Positions 37,199 to 46,928 of a stretch of DNA of 64,000 bases are shown piece after piece. Positions within the stretch are counted from its first letter, which is position 1, and each line of letters starts with the position of its first letter. The position numbers and the translations under genes were made by a program. The stretch is from Promethearchaeia archaeon (GTDB lineage: Archaea > Asgardarchaeota > Lokiarchaeia > Sigyniarchaeales > SOKP01): assembly GCA_046483985.1 (NCBI GenBank), contig JAWOCD010000040.1, positions 56,409 to 120,408 on the forward strand, in the 5' to 3' direction. The notes beneath the pieces were generated by a model, which had not been told where the DNA came from, made no database searches, and saw nothing but the letters and a program-made list of their open reading frames with translations.

Positions 37199-38119
37199 AT
37201 GAGTAAGAATAAATCAAAACCTAACTTTTTTCAAATGCCCATTAGTGACTTGCAAACGAAAGTTAATGAATACAGAGAGAAACGGAATAAGTTAAATAAA
37301 AAAACTAAGGAATATATCAAAAATCTCCAAGAGATTGAAGCAAAAATCAATGAATATTTAAAACTCGCCAAAGAGAGATATAAGAAAAAAAGAGATTTGT
37401 GGAATGAACGAGTACAAAAGTTAAAGGACAAGAAGATTGAATATAAAAATCTCTTAAATGAACTGTATGAAAAGAAAAATGCCCAGCATAAGACGAATAA
37501 GGGAAACGATAAAAAGTACTATTCCATCAAAGGAATTGAAAGAAAAATCGAAGCATTAGAACGCAGAATTGAGACGGAAAATCTTGATATCCAAGAAGAA
37601 AACGAAATCGTGGATCAAATTCGGGAATTAGCAAGTGAAAAGAAAAGAATTAAGGAACAACGTAAAGAGGACGAATCATATAAACTAGACCGAAAAATCG
37701 AGATTGTGAAAATTAACTTGGACAAAATTTACGAGAAATTGGATAAATGGAGCAATAAATCTCAGCAAAACCATCAAAAAATGCATGAGATTTATGATAA
37801 AGTTTCAGAACTACGCGAACAAAAGAGTAAATCGGAAGAACAATTAATCGAAAATAAAAAATTAGCCGATGAATATCACGAAAAGTTTTTGAAGGCAATG
37901 CGTGCTAAGCGAAAACGGACCAAAGGGAAAAAGGGATATCGATCCAAGAAACGAAGATCATCACATCGTGACAGAAGAGGAAGAAAAAATTGGAATAAAA
38001 AGCAAGCAGAGATGGAGAAAATAAAAAAATCTAAACTCGAAAAAGCTCTGGAAAAACAAAAAGCTGGGAAGAAGTTAAACATCTTTGAAGCGAGATTGAT
38101 TTTAGAAAAAGGAGATTAA
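37199..38119 (+). CDS. Archaeal coiled-coil protein (COG1340-like)
   Basis: Heptad-rich; 'IEALERRIET..L....E..IV..I','ADEYHE','K.KAGKKL...E'. Confidence 0.75.
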   Translation: MSKNKSKPNFFQMPISDLQTKVNEYREKRNKLNKKTKEYIKNLQEIEAKINEYLKLAKERYKKKRDLWNERVQKLKDKKIEYKNLLNELYEKKNAQHKTNKGNDKKYYSIKGIERKIEALERRIETENLDIQEENEIVDQIRELASEKKRIKEQRKEDESYKLDRKIEIVKINLDKIYEKLDKWSNKSQQNHQKMHEIYDKVSELREQKSKSEEQLIENKKLADEYHEKFLKAMRAKRKRTKGKKGYRSKKRRSSHRDRRGRKNWNKKQAEMEKIKKSKLEKALEKQKAGKKLNIFEARLILEKGD

Positions 38120-38251
38120 TTTTTTTCAAAAAAATTTTTGATCTTTTTATCATTTCTATTTTTCATTATGAGAGAATACTTTACAATAAAATTTAATTTA
38201 AATTCTAAATTCTCTTCTTTATAATCTTGGAAAATAAAAATTTGATGTAAA

Positions 38252-39580
38252 TTGAGTGAAAAGTTATCTAAAATACGGTCTATCCTTAAAGCCCATCACA
38301 AGGAGATGAAAGCGGGAATTCCGCTGATTGCTTCGGAGAATATAACTTCTCCAGCTGTAAAAGAGGCGGTTAATAGTGATTTTAGTCATAGATATGCAGA
38401 GGGGTGGGTTGGACAACGGGTATACGCTGGCTGTAAGTATATCGATAAAATTGAAAGGCTTTGCATAGATTTAATGAAAGATTATTTCGATTGTGTTCAT
38501 GCGGATGTACGTCCTATCTCGGGTGTAATGGCGAACCTGGTTTTGTACAACTGTTTTACATCCGAAAATAATGGAAAGATGTGTGCTATGCCTATCCCAA
38601 AAGGCGGCCACATCTCACATGCTCCCAAATATACCAGTAGCGGAAAGCCAATTCACGGGACTGCGGGCACAGTTAGGGGATTGGATATTAAATATCTCGC
38701 CTTTGACGAAGACGAAATGAATATTGACCCTGATAAGTCAATTAAAATTATTCGTGAATTTGAACCAGAACTGATTTTATTTGGCGCTTCTGTATTTTTA
38801 TTCCCCCACCCCGTAGAAGAATTAAGCGAAGTTGCAAAGGAGGTGAATGCCAATATTGGCTATGATGCAGCGCATGTAGCAGGATTAATTGGTTCAGGCT
38901 TTTTTCAAGATCCGCTACGAGAAGGAGCCGATGCGATGTCATTAAGCACCCATAAGACTTTACCTGGTCCTCAGCATGGGGCAGTTCTCTCTGACAGAGA
39001 GGATTTAATAGAGCCGTTAAAATCTTCAGCATTTCCAGCACTATTTAGTAATCATCACCTTCATAATGTCGCTGGATTGGCTACTTCCGTGGTTGAGATG
39101 CAAGAGTTTGGAGAGAAATACCATAAACGAGTTATAGAAAACGCAAAAGCCTTAGGAGAAGCCTTACATGAGCGTGGTATAAATGTATTATGTGAGCATA
39201 AGGGATTCACTGAATCTCATCAAATTGTCGTCGATATCGCAAATTTCGAGAAGTCTATAGGTCTGGGAGGGGATATTGAAAAACTCTTGGAAAAGGCAAA
39301 TATTATCTTAAATCGGAATTTACTTCCTTGGGATATTCGAGAGGGAAGACATTATATGAATCCTGGCGGTTTGCGGATTGGTACAAGCGAAATTACCCGA
39401 CTAGGGATGGGAAAAAGCGAAATGGTCGATATTGCAGAATTCTTCAAGGAACTATTGGTAGATCAGAAAGATCCCAAAATTGTGAAAAAAGAAATCGCTG
39501 CGTTCAAGGAAGATTTCCAAGAAGTAGAATACTGCTTCCAAAGTTCAAACGAAGCATACAAATATTTGGAATTTTACTAA
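38252..39580 (+). CDS. glyA: Serine hydroxymethyltransferase
   Basis: 'LIASEN','RYAEG','GGHISH','YDAAH','STHKTLPGP'. Confidence 0.96.
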   Translation: MSEKLSKIRSILKAHHKEMKAGIPLIASENITSPAVKEAVNSDFSHRYAEGWVGQRVYAGCKYIDKIERLCIDLMKDYFDCVHADVRPISGVMANLVLYNCFTSENNGKMCAMPIPKGGHISHAPKYTSSGKPIHGTAGTVRGLDIKYLAFDEDEMNIDPDKSIKIIREFEPELILFGASVFLFPHPVEELSEVAKEVNANIGYDAAHVAGLIGSGFFQDPLREGADAMSLSTHKTLPGPQHGAVLSDREDLIEPLKSSAFPALFSNHHLHNVAGLATSVVEMQEFGEKYHKRVIENAKALGEALHERGINVLCEHKGFTESHQIVVDIANFEKSIGLGGDIEKLLEKANIILNRNLLPWDIREGRHYMNPGGLRIGTSEITRLGMGKSEMVDIAEFFKELLVDQKDPKIVKKEIAAFKEDFQEVEYCFQSSNEAYKYLEFY

Positions 39581-39732
39581 GATTCAGAAGAGGTTGAATG
39601 AAGATCTATTTTTTCATCTCTTTTCAATTTCATAACCACCAAGAAAAACATAAAAGGATCATAAAATTTTTCTTTTATAATGTATTTCATAAGTTATTAT
39701 AGTCTATTTATTAATGAGTCCTTTTATTAAAA

Positions 39733-40572
39733 ATGAGTATAGAAGTTCTTAACAAAACAGACAACAAATTAGTCTTTATCGTTGAGGGTCTCTCAATTGA
39801 GATGATCAACGCTATTCGGAGGATTATACTCACTGAGATCCCCACTATGGCGATTGATGAGGTTATTATTCTTAAAAATGATTCGCCCTTATACGATGAG
39901 ATTGTCGCTCATCGCTTAGGAATGATTCCCTTAACCACCGACTTGGAAAGTTATAATTTACCGCTAGAATGCAGCTGTGAAGGATTTGGATGCCCGCTGT
40001 GTCAGACCTCTCTAACATGTGAAATTACCAATAATACAAATAAGCCGATGGTAATCTATTCGGGAGATCTGAACACAAATGATCCAAATGTCAAGCCCAT
40101 AAATCCCAATATTCCTATAGTGAAAATTAACGAGGAGGAGGGAATGATTTTTGAGGCATATGCCGTTCTAGGATTGGGAAGAGACCATGTAAAACATCAA
40201 CCAGTCGCAAGCGTGGCTTATCGATATTACCCCAAGCTTGAATTTGATGATTCTAAATGCAAAGATTGTCCAGAAAAATGTATTGTTGCACAGAGATGTC
40301 CAAAAAAATTATTTGATTTCTCTAACGGAAAAAAACCGAAACTGGCAGAGGACTATTGGAAAACTTGTACATTATGTAACTCTTGTGAGGATACTTGCCC
40401 AGAAGATGCAATAGAAGTAGGATGGGAAGATCAAAAATATATCTTCAACATTGAAAGTGATGGAGTACACTCTTTTGAAACGATCATAAGCAAGACATTT
40501 GAAGTGTTTGAAGAAAAAACCGAAGAGTTTATCGAAAAATTGGAAGAATTAAGTGAGAGCGAAGAAATCTAA
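39733..40572 (+). CDS. rpo3: DNA-directed RNA polymerase subunit Rpo3 (D) with Fe-S domain
   Basis: 'NAIRR...EIPTMAI','N.S.LYDE..AHRLGMIP', ferredoxin-like insert, 'IESDG'. Confidence 0.95.
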   Translation: MSIEVLNKTDNKLVFIVEGLSIEMINAIRRIILTEIPTMAIDEVIILKNDSPLYDEIVAHRLGMIPLTTDLESYNLPLECSCEGFGCPLCQTSLTCEITNNTNKPMVIYSGDLNTNDPNVKPINPNIPIVKINEEEGMIFEAYAVLGLGRDHVKHQPVASVAYRYYPKLEFDDSKCKDCPEKCIVAQRCPKKLFDFSNGKKPKLAEDYWKTCTLCNSCEDTCPEDAIEVGWEDQKYIFNIESDGVHSFETIISKTFEVFEEKTEEFIEKLEELSESEEI

Positions 40573-40642
40573 AAATTATTAAATTATCAAATTTTTATAA
40601 ATAATATATTTTATCAGAACTAAACGAAGAAAGGAGTAAAAT

Positions 40643-40999
40643 ATGTCACATAAAGTCACAGGGCCTTCGAATTTCTACGTCAGAAAACTTATTCGAGACC
40701 TTAAGAAAACGAAAAAAAATATTTGGAGAAAGGTATCTGAGAAATTAAGCAAGCCAAGAAAACATAGAGTAGAAGCAAATTTATACCGGATCAACAATAA
40801 AACAAAAAAGGACGATATAATTGTCGTTCCTGGAAAGGTCTTGGGAACAGGAAATTTGGACCATAAGCTGACCATCGGTTGCCTGGATTATTCACGCTCG
40901 GCAAAGGAAAAGATCGAAGCCTCTGGAAGTACTTTGTTATCAATAGAACAATTATTAAAAGAACATCCAAAGGGAAGTAATGTGAAAATATTTTATTAG
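40643..40999 (+). CDS. rpl18e: 50S ribosomal protein L18e
   Basis: 'IW..V...L.KPR','VVPGKVLGTG','PKGSNVKI'. Confidence 0.95.
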   Translation: MSHKVTGPSNFYVRKLIRDLKKTKKNIWRKVSEKLSKPRKHRVEANLYRINNKTKKDDIIVVPGKVLGTGNLDHKLTIGCLDYSRSAKEKIEASGSTLLSIEQLLKEHPKGSNVKIFY

Positions 41000-41021
41000 C
41001 CCTTAAACTAACTAAATTAAA

Positions 41022-41504
41022 ATGGTTTTAAGAATGGAACGAGAATTTTTATTATTTGATGCAAAAGATAAAATCTTAGGAAGATTCTGTAGCCAAATTG
41101 CAAAGAAAGCACTGTTGGGTTATAATATTGTAATTATTAACGCTAAGGATGCCTTAATAAGTGGAAATAAACGGGATATCAAAGAAAAATATCTGGGCCG
41201 GTTGAATGTTAAGACAAGCACAAATCCGCGAAAGGGACCCTTCTGGAAAAGAAGACCCGATTCGTTAATGAAATCCATAATTCGGAAAATGCTTCCCCGT
41301 AAGAAATTAAGGGGGAAAAAGGCGTTAAAGAGGGTCCACGTATTCATTTCCGATATACCAGATCGGTTCAAGAAGAAATATCCTAACTTACAAGAACAGA
41401 GCCTTCCGAACGCAGATAAAAACCGATTAAGGTATTTTAATAAAATTACGACCCTTGAAACTTTATGCACAAGAATGGGTTGGAAAAAAGGAGTTGAGGT
41501 GTAA
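41022..41504 (+). CDS. rpl13: 50S ribosomal protein L13
   Basis: 'DA...ILGR..S..AK','GP...RRPD','MLP'. Confidence 0.95.
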   Translation: MVLRMEREFLLFDAKDKILGRFCSQIAKKALLGYNIVIINAKDALISGNKRDIKEKYLGRLNVKTSTNPRKGPFWKRRPDSLMKSIIRKMLPRKKLRGKKALKRVHVFISDIPDRFKKKYPNLQEQSLPNADKNRLRYFNKITTLETLCTRMGWKKGVEV

Positions 41505-41508
41505 ATAA

Positions 41509-41925
41509 ATGTCTGAAAAGCAAAAAGTAGTCCAAGCAACAGGAAAAAGAAAAGAAGCAATTGCAAAAGCCACCCTTCGATATCCCGCCAAGAAATCAAT
41601 TAAAATAAATAATGTACCCTTAGAGATTTATCAGCCCGAAGTAGCTCGCCTAAGGATATTGGAAGTCTTACGAGTGGCATATCATGAAAAATTAGATAAA
41701 TCCGCTATAACCATCGAAGTAAATGGAGGGGGGGCTATGGGACAATGTGATGCTGTCCGATTTGCTATTGCCCAATGCATAAACAAATTTATAGGGACGA
41801 AAAGAATGGAAAATACCTTACGGGAATATGAAAACAATCTCTTATCGGGAGACTCAAGGCGGGTTGAACCGAAAAAATTCGGCGGGAAAAAAGCAAGAGC
41901 CCGACGCCAAAAATCATTCAGATAA
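41509..41925 (+). CDS. rps9: 30S ribosomal protein S9
   Basis: 'GKRKEAIA','GGGAMGQ','D.RRVEPKKFGGKKARARRQKSFR'. Confidence 0.96.
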   Translation: MSEKQKVVQATGKRKEAIAKATLRYPAKKSIKINNVPLEIYQPEVARLRILEVLRVAYHEKLDKSAITIEVNGGGAMGQCDAVRFAIAQCINKFIGTKRMENTLREYENNLLSGDSRRVEPKKFGGKKARARRQKSFR

Positions 41926-41954
41926 AATTATAAATTTTTTAATTCCTAACTCCC

Positions 41955-43280
41955 TTAATATTGTTCTGTTTTTATTCCTAATTTTTCTAAATGCTCTAAA
42001 AAGGATGGATAAGAATCATTTACAATTTCTATATTTTCAATTTTTGACGGTTCATTGGCAAATAATGCAGCAACACTACAAGCAAGTGCAATTCGATGGT
42101 CATTCTCATGATTAATATGAGAACCAGTTAATTGTTCACAATGATGGATGGTTAGAGTATCTTCATCCTCCTCAAGTTTAACTCCCATTTTTTTGAGTTC
42201 ACGAGCCATAACCGCAATCCTATCACTTTCCTTAAGCCGTAAATGTTCAGCGTTATATAATACCATCTTACCTTCTGCAATTGCTCCACATACTGCAAGG
42301 ATAGGAAAAAGATCTGGTATATTTTGACAATTCACTTTGATTCCATGCAGGGGATGTTCTTTTCGACCACCGTGTACAATAACTTGATCGGTTTCCTTAT
42401 TAATCTCAATATCTGCCCCCATTTCTCGTAACAATGTAATAATTTTCTTATCTCCTTGAGGGTTATTGAAATCCAGATTATTAATGGTGACTGTGGACGG
42501 CTTTTCAGTTAATGTTGCAGCAGAAATAAGGAACGCAGACGAGGAAAAATCACCTGGAACGGAAAAGACTTGGGGGCGGTATTTTTGATCAAAGGAAATG
42601 TAATATTTTCCGGTTTTTTCCTCATTTAATTTTTCAATCACATTAATTCCAAATTGATTCAGCAAATCTGTAGTGATTTGAATATAGGGATAAGAGACCA
42701 ACGGAGTAGTTACGTTAATTTCAACAAACGTGACATTCTTGCAGACGATCGCGGGACTTAGCATTAAAAGAGCGGTTACAAATTGAGAACTGATATCTCC
42801 CCTTATCGAAATGGCTTCACAGTCCTCATCCACTCTCTCAATAAATAATTGATTTTCTTCCAATCTATATTGAGCACCTAAATTTTTTAAAGCATCCAAT
42901 AAAGGGTGAATGGGTCTTTTTCTTCTAAAAAATTCTCCGGTAAATTTAAGTCCCCCCTTCACGAGGAGACTTAAGGCGGTAAAAATTCGCACAGCGGTTC
43001 CAGAATTATGACAATTTATAACTTCGTGATAAGAATCATATGTATGTTTTCGACCTGAGATTACATAGGAATTATCTTCTCGGGGATTTATCTTTACTCC
43101 TAAGCGTTTTAAGATATCTATAGTAACCGCTACATCTCCAGTAGTAAGAGGATTTTTGAGTATGGAAACTCCCCCACTTAAGGAAGCCGCAATAAAACCT
43201 CGGTGCGAATAGCTTTTTGAAGGCGGTGCCGTTATTTTTCCATTTAAACTTAAAATCGGATTTATCTTGATATTAACCAT
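41955..43280 (-). CDS. aroA: 3-phosphoshikimate 1-carboxyvinyltransferase
   Basis: 'PPSKSYSHR','NSGT','SSQF','PGDFSS','LRLKESDR','DHRIA'. Confidence 0.96.
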   Translation of the reverse strand: MVNIKINPILSLNGKITAPPSKSYSHRGFIAASLSGGVSILKNPLTTGDVAVTIDILKRLGVKINPREDNSYVISGRKHTYDSYHEVINCHNSGTAVRIFTALSLLVKGGLKFTGEFFRRKRPIHPLLDALKNLGAQYRLEENQLFIERVDEDCEAISIRGDISSQFVTALLMLSPAIVCKNVTFVEINVTTPLVSYPYIQITTDLLNQFGINVIEKLNEEKTGKYYISFDQKYRPQVFSVPGDFSSSAFLISAATLTEKPSTVTINNLDFNNPQGDKKIITLLREMGADIEINKETDQVIVHGGRKEHPLHGIKVNCQNIPDLFPILAVCGAIAEGKMVLYNAEHLRLKESDRIAVMARELKKMGVKLEEDEDTLTIHHCEQLTGSHINHENDHRIALACSVAALFANEPSKIENIEIVNDSYPSFLEHLEKLGIKTEQY

Positions 43281-43343
43281 TATTATTAATTAACAATTAC
43301 AAAAATTTAACAATTATTCAACAAAATTATTAATTGATAAAAA

Positions 43344-44450
43344 ATGGCAGATAATAGCTTAGGAAACTTCTTCAAAATTACCTCATTCGGCGAGAGTCAC
43401 GGGAAAGTCGTGGGCATTATTGTCGATGGGGTGCCGGCGGGATTAGAACTGAACCACTCTTTTATTCAGAGTGAACTAAATAAACGAAGACCAGGGCAAT
43501 CTGAAGTTACCACTTCCCGAAAGGAAAAAGATAAAGTGGAGATTTTATCGGGAACTTTTAAGGGCAAGACCACGGGAGCACCGTTAGCCATGATAATACG
43601 GAATAGGGATAAGGATTCGTCAAAATACGAAAAATATAAAAACTTTCTACGACCCTCCCACATCGATTATTCTGCTTTAAAAAAATATGAAGGTTTTGCT
43701 GACTATAGGGGATCGGGGAGGTTCTCGGGAAGGATAACCGCGGGGTTTGTAATGGCTGGGGCGCTAGCAAAACAAATCTTGAAAAAATATAACATTTCGA
43801 TTTTTGCTTATACCCAGAGTATTGGAAACATTGCTGATGAAACTGAATATAAATTAGAAGATATTAATAAGGTTAGGAAATTAAGAGAGGAAAATGTGAT
43901 AAGAGCAATAGATCAGGAAAAAGCAAAAGATATGGAGAATCTTATTAATCGAGTAAAAGAGGAAAAGGATTCAATCGGGGGAGCGATTCATTGTACGGTA
44001 AAGAATTTACCCGCAGGAATAGGCGGTTCAGTTTTCAATAGTTTAGAATCCATAATTAGTAATGCAATTTTTTCCATACCTGCCGTGAAAGGAATCGAAT
44101 TCGGCGCCGGCTTTCAAGCAACAAAAATGAAGGGGTCTCAACATAATGATCCGTGGATTATCGAAAATGAAGCAATAAAGACCTCTAAGAATGATGCGGG
44201 AGGAATTATCGGGGGCATTTCCGTAGGAATGCCAATTACTTTTCGAGTGGCGATAAAGCCCCCTGCTACCATTGGTAAAGTGCAAAATAGCGTTAATATT
44301 AAAGAAATGAAAGAAACTAAGATCCAAATTGAAGGAAGACACGATCCTTGTATTGTTCCAAGAGCGATCGTTGTAGTGGAAGCAATAACCGCCGTGGTAC
44401 TACTAGACAGATTAATGATAGACGGTTTTATTCCAAAAGTGCTTGATTGA
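43344..44450 (+). CDS. aroC: Chorismate synthase
   Basis: 'FGESHG','RRPGQ','RPSHID','GRFSGR','GRHDPC'. Confidence 0.96.
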   Translation: MADNSLGNFFKITSFGESHGKVVGIIVDGVPAGLELNHSFIQSELNKRRPGQSEVTTSRKEKDKVEILSGTFKGKTTGAPLAMIIRNRDKDSSKYEKYKNFLRPSHIDYSALKKYEGFADYRGSGRFSGRITAGFVMAGALAKQILKKYNISIFAYTQSIGNIADETEYKLEDINKVRKLREENVIRAIDQEKAKDMENLINRVKEEKDSIGGAIHCTVKNLPAGIGGSVFNSLESIISNAIFSIPAVKGIEFGAGFQATKMKGSQHNDPWIIENEAIKTSKNDAGGIIGGISVGMPITFRVAIKPPATIGKVQNSVNIKEMKETKIQIEGRHDPCIVPRAIVVVEAITAVVLLDRLMIDGFIPKVLD

Positions 44451-44837
44451 ACTACTCATTCAGATGGCTAAGAAAGAATTTGAGAACTATTATCGGGAGC
44501 GACGAAAACATGCAATGTTTATTATATTAATGTCTCAACCACATCTCTATCTTGCTTATATTGATATTCAGAGCAGAGAAAGGTTCAATCAGTAGGCTTG
44601 ACACTGTTATGACACATAGGACAAGAAGAAGCGGTATATACTTCATTTACTAACACTAACACTATTCCAAACTCTTAAGACTTATTTTGAAGTTTTCTTT
44701 TCTTATTTCTGTAATATTTGGAAAGTTCAGATCTCTAATTCCTTTCCAATTTTTTGATAAATATAAGTTAATTTCTTAAATTCTAAGAAAATATTATATA
44801 TATTAAGAATTAATCATTAAACGAGTACAAAAATAGA

Positions 44838-45068
44838 ATGTCTAAAGATGTTAATACTTCGGGTCAATGGAACGAGTTTTATGTAAAGAAAGGGAAGTAC
44901 TTGGAGGAATTATCTCAAAATCATTACTCCAACAATGAATTTAAAAAATGTTTGGAACTGCTGAGCCAAGCTCATTCGCTGTACGAAAAAGGGAATGCCC
45001 AGGAGTTAGCAGCCAAAGCGAAAAAGAAATTTAACGAGATTAAGGCTAAACATTTTAAAAAGAAATAG
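44838..45068 (+). CDS. Small helical hypothetical protein
   Basis: 76-aa ORF, helical hairpin-like, AT-rich promoter-like region upstream. Confidence 0.55.
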   Translation: MSKDVNTSGQWNEFYVKKGKYLEELSQNHYSNNEFKKCLELLSQAHSLYEKGNAQELAAKAKKKFNEIKAKHFKKK

Positions 45069-45077
45069 CAAAAGCAC

Positions 45078-45569
45078 TCAATTATTAAATAAACCATACT
45101 TCTTCAAGTTCTTCAAAATCCTTTCTATATGACTCCCCTCCCAAAAAATTTTTTCACAGTTTTGACATTGGTAAAATTCATGAAAATACTTGAGGGAATT
45201 TTGATTTATTGAATCTTTTGCTTTTTCTTTATCAATTTTTGACAAAGGCGAATTGCAAACTGAACAGCGAGCAGAATCCATATCAACCCTATAAGAGAGA
45301 TTTAATTTTTTTTTTAATTTTTGTAAATTGATATAGACATCTTCTCCGTCAATGTAAACCGCTCTACTTTTTCCCGCAATTTTATAAAAAGGGAAATCTC
45401 GAGTGATGATAATCCTTTCATGGGACCGTGCATATTCAAGCAATTTTTTATCTGGCACCGGATCTTCTCCAAAATAATCTCTTAATTCTCCAGCATAGAT
45501 GGCATCATAACCAAACATCCGTAAAAATCGTGTCAATTTGCCAAACATTGCATCGAGTAAAAACCTCAA
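45078..45569 (-). CDS. Mut7-C RNase domain protein
   Basis: 'FLLDAMFGKL.R.LR..GYD','RIIITRD','RC..CN','FY.C..C.KIFWEGSH'. Confidence 0.9.
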   Translation of the reverse strand: MRFLLDAMFGKLTRFLRMFGYDAIYAGELRDYFGEDPVPDKKLLEYARSHERIIITRDFPFYKIAGKSRAVYIDGEDVYINLQKLKKKLNLSYRVDMDSARCSVCNSPLSKIDKEKAKDSINQNSLKYFHEFYQCQNCEKIFWEGSHIERILKNLKKYGLFNN

Positions 45570-45610
45570 TTCTTTTCCTCTTCTCTTATTTTATTAGATA
45601 AGAATATTCA

Positions 45611-46272
45611 TTGAACCACTCACGCCTAAAGGCTTGAGATTCATACTTCCTAATGCGTAATACACACACTAGACAATAAAGGGGTGTTCTCCACCCCCGA
45701 GATGAATGTCCCCGAAGGGACGGTGAACGTGATTATCTTTTTTAAGGATATTTATACTTCCTGCTACATCTCGGTCATTTCGATATCCGTATTCCCTACC
45801 CTCGAATGCTTTATCGTTCTGTTTTACTTTAGATTGACACTCTGGACTAGTCGTTATAGAGACCTTGTGGTTTACATTATTGGATTTGAGGGAGTTCCAA
45901 AAGGATTTCCACGATCTGTCCAATTTTCTAAGTATTTGTTGAGAATACGAAGAACCTAACTCTTTATAGTTTTCGTGGGGTTTTAAGTCGCGATATTGCT
46001 CTGTATAGAATGAAACTTCTTTATCCTTATCGAAAAAGGATTGTCTTCTGTAATAATTAGCTAAATTCCAGACAGCACTACTACTGACCAACATAATCTT
46101 TAGAATTTGCTGTTGTTGTCTGTTTGGTTTCAATTCTAAAGTATTAGTCCGAAGCATACATAGTAGATAGTGTTTCCATTATTTAAATCTTTTGGTTAAT
46201 GCCGTTCTTAGGGGAAAATTGGGACAAATTCATCCTCGCCCTTAGGGATGGGGTATTCTTTTGCCTTTAATG
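45611..46272 (-). mobile_element. Internally deleted IS200/IS605-family (tnpB-only) element
   Basis: On the minus strand: TTTAT|CATTAAAGGCAAAAGAATACCCCATCCCTAAGGGCGAGGATGAA left end, a truncated tnpB, then the right end ...CTCAAGCCTTTAGGCGTGAGTGGTTCAA. Confidence 0.8.
45669..46157 (-). pseudogene. tnpB: tnpB remnant (N-terminus joined to RuvC-III tail)
   Basis: TnpB N-terminus 'ELKP...VWN.AN...QQIL..LD..WKSF' fused to degenerate Zn-finger and 'DRDVAGSINI'; RuvC-I/II region missing. Confidence 0.8.
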
Positions 46273-46368
46273 ATAAAATAGAGATTCATATTATTAATTT
46301 TTAGAAATTAAGAGAAAATTTTTTTAAATATCAAGTTCATAATTTAACTAAAAAAAGGTATCATATAA

Positions 46369-46911
46369 ATGACAGATATACAAGAATTAATGAATAAAGC
46401 GGTTCAATTTCATGGACATACATGTCCTGGAGTGGCTTTAGGAGTTTTAGTATCAAAATATATTCTAGAGCATGGAAACGAGTTTTCAATTGATGAAGAA
46501 TTGGTCGCGGTCGTTGAGAATGACAATTGCAGTGTAGATGCACTTCAAACTTTATTGGGCACCACTTTCGGGAAAGGAAACCTCATTTTTAAAGACTATG
46601 GGAAAAACAACTATGCTTTTTACAATAGAACTAAAGAAACCGCGGTAAAATTAATCATGAAAGGAGAAAAATATAGAGATCAGCAATTAACGCGAGAGGA
46701 TCGAATCGAAAAATTACTAAGTTCCCCACCTGAAGAGATTTTTGAAATCAGAGAGATAGAATATAACCCTCCCTCAAAGGCCCAGATCCATGAATCGGTG
46801 AATTGTGGTAATTGCAGGCAACCCACCATGAGTACAAGGATAAAAACGTTTAAGGGGAAGGAATTATGCATTCCTTGTTATGAAAAATTTCAAAAAAAAG
46901 AAAAAGGATAA
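46369..46911 (+). CDS. FmdE/FwdE-family protein with C-terminal Zn finger
   Basis: 'FHGHTCPG','ENDNCSVDALQ','T.GKGNL...DYGK', CxxC...CxxC. Confidence 0.9.
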   Translation: MTDIQELMNKAVQFHGHTCPGVALGVLVSKYILEHGNEFSIDEELVAVVENDNCSVDALQTLLGTTFGKGNLIFKDYGKNNYAFYNRTKETAVKLIMKGEKYRDQQLTREDRIEKLLSSPPEEIFEIREIEYNPPSKAQIHESVNCGNCRQPTMSTRIKTFKGKELCIPCYEKFQKKEKG

Positions 46912-46928
46912 CAAAATTAAGTGTAAAA

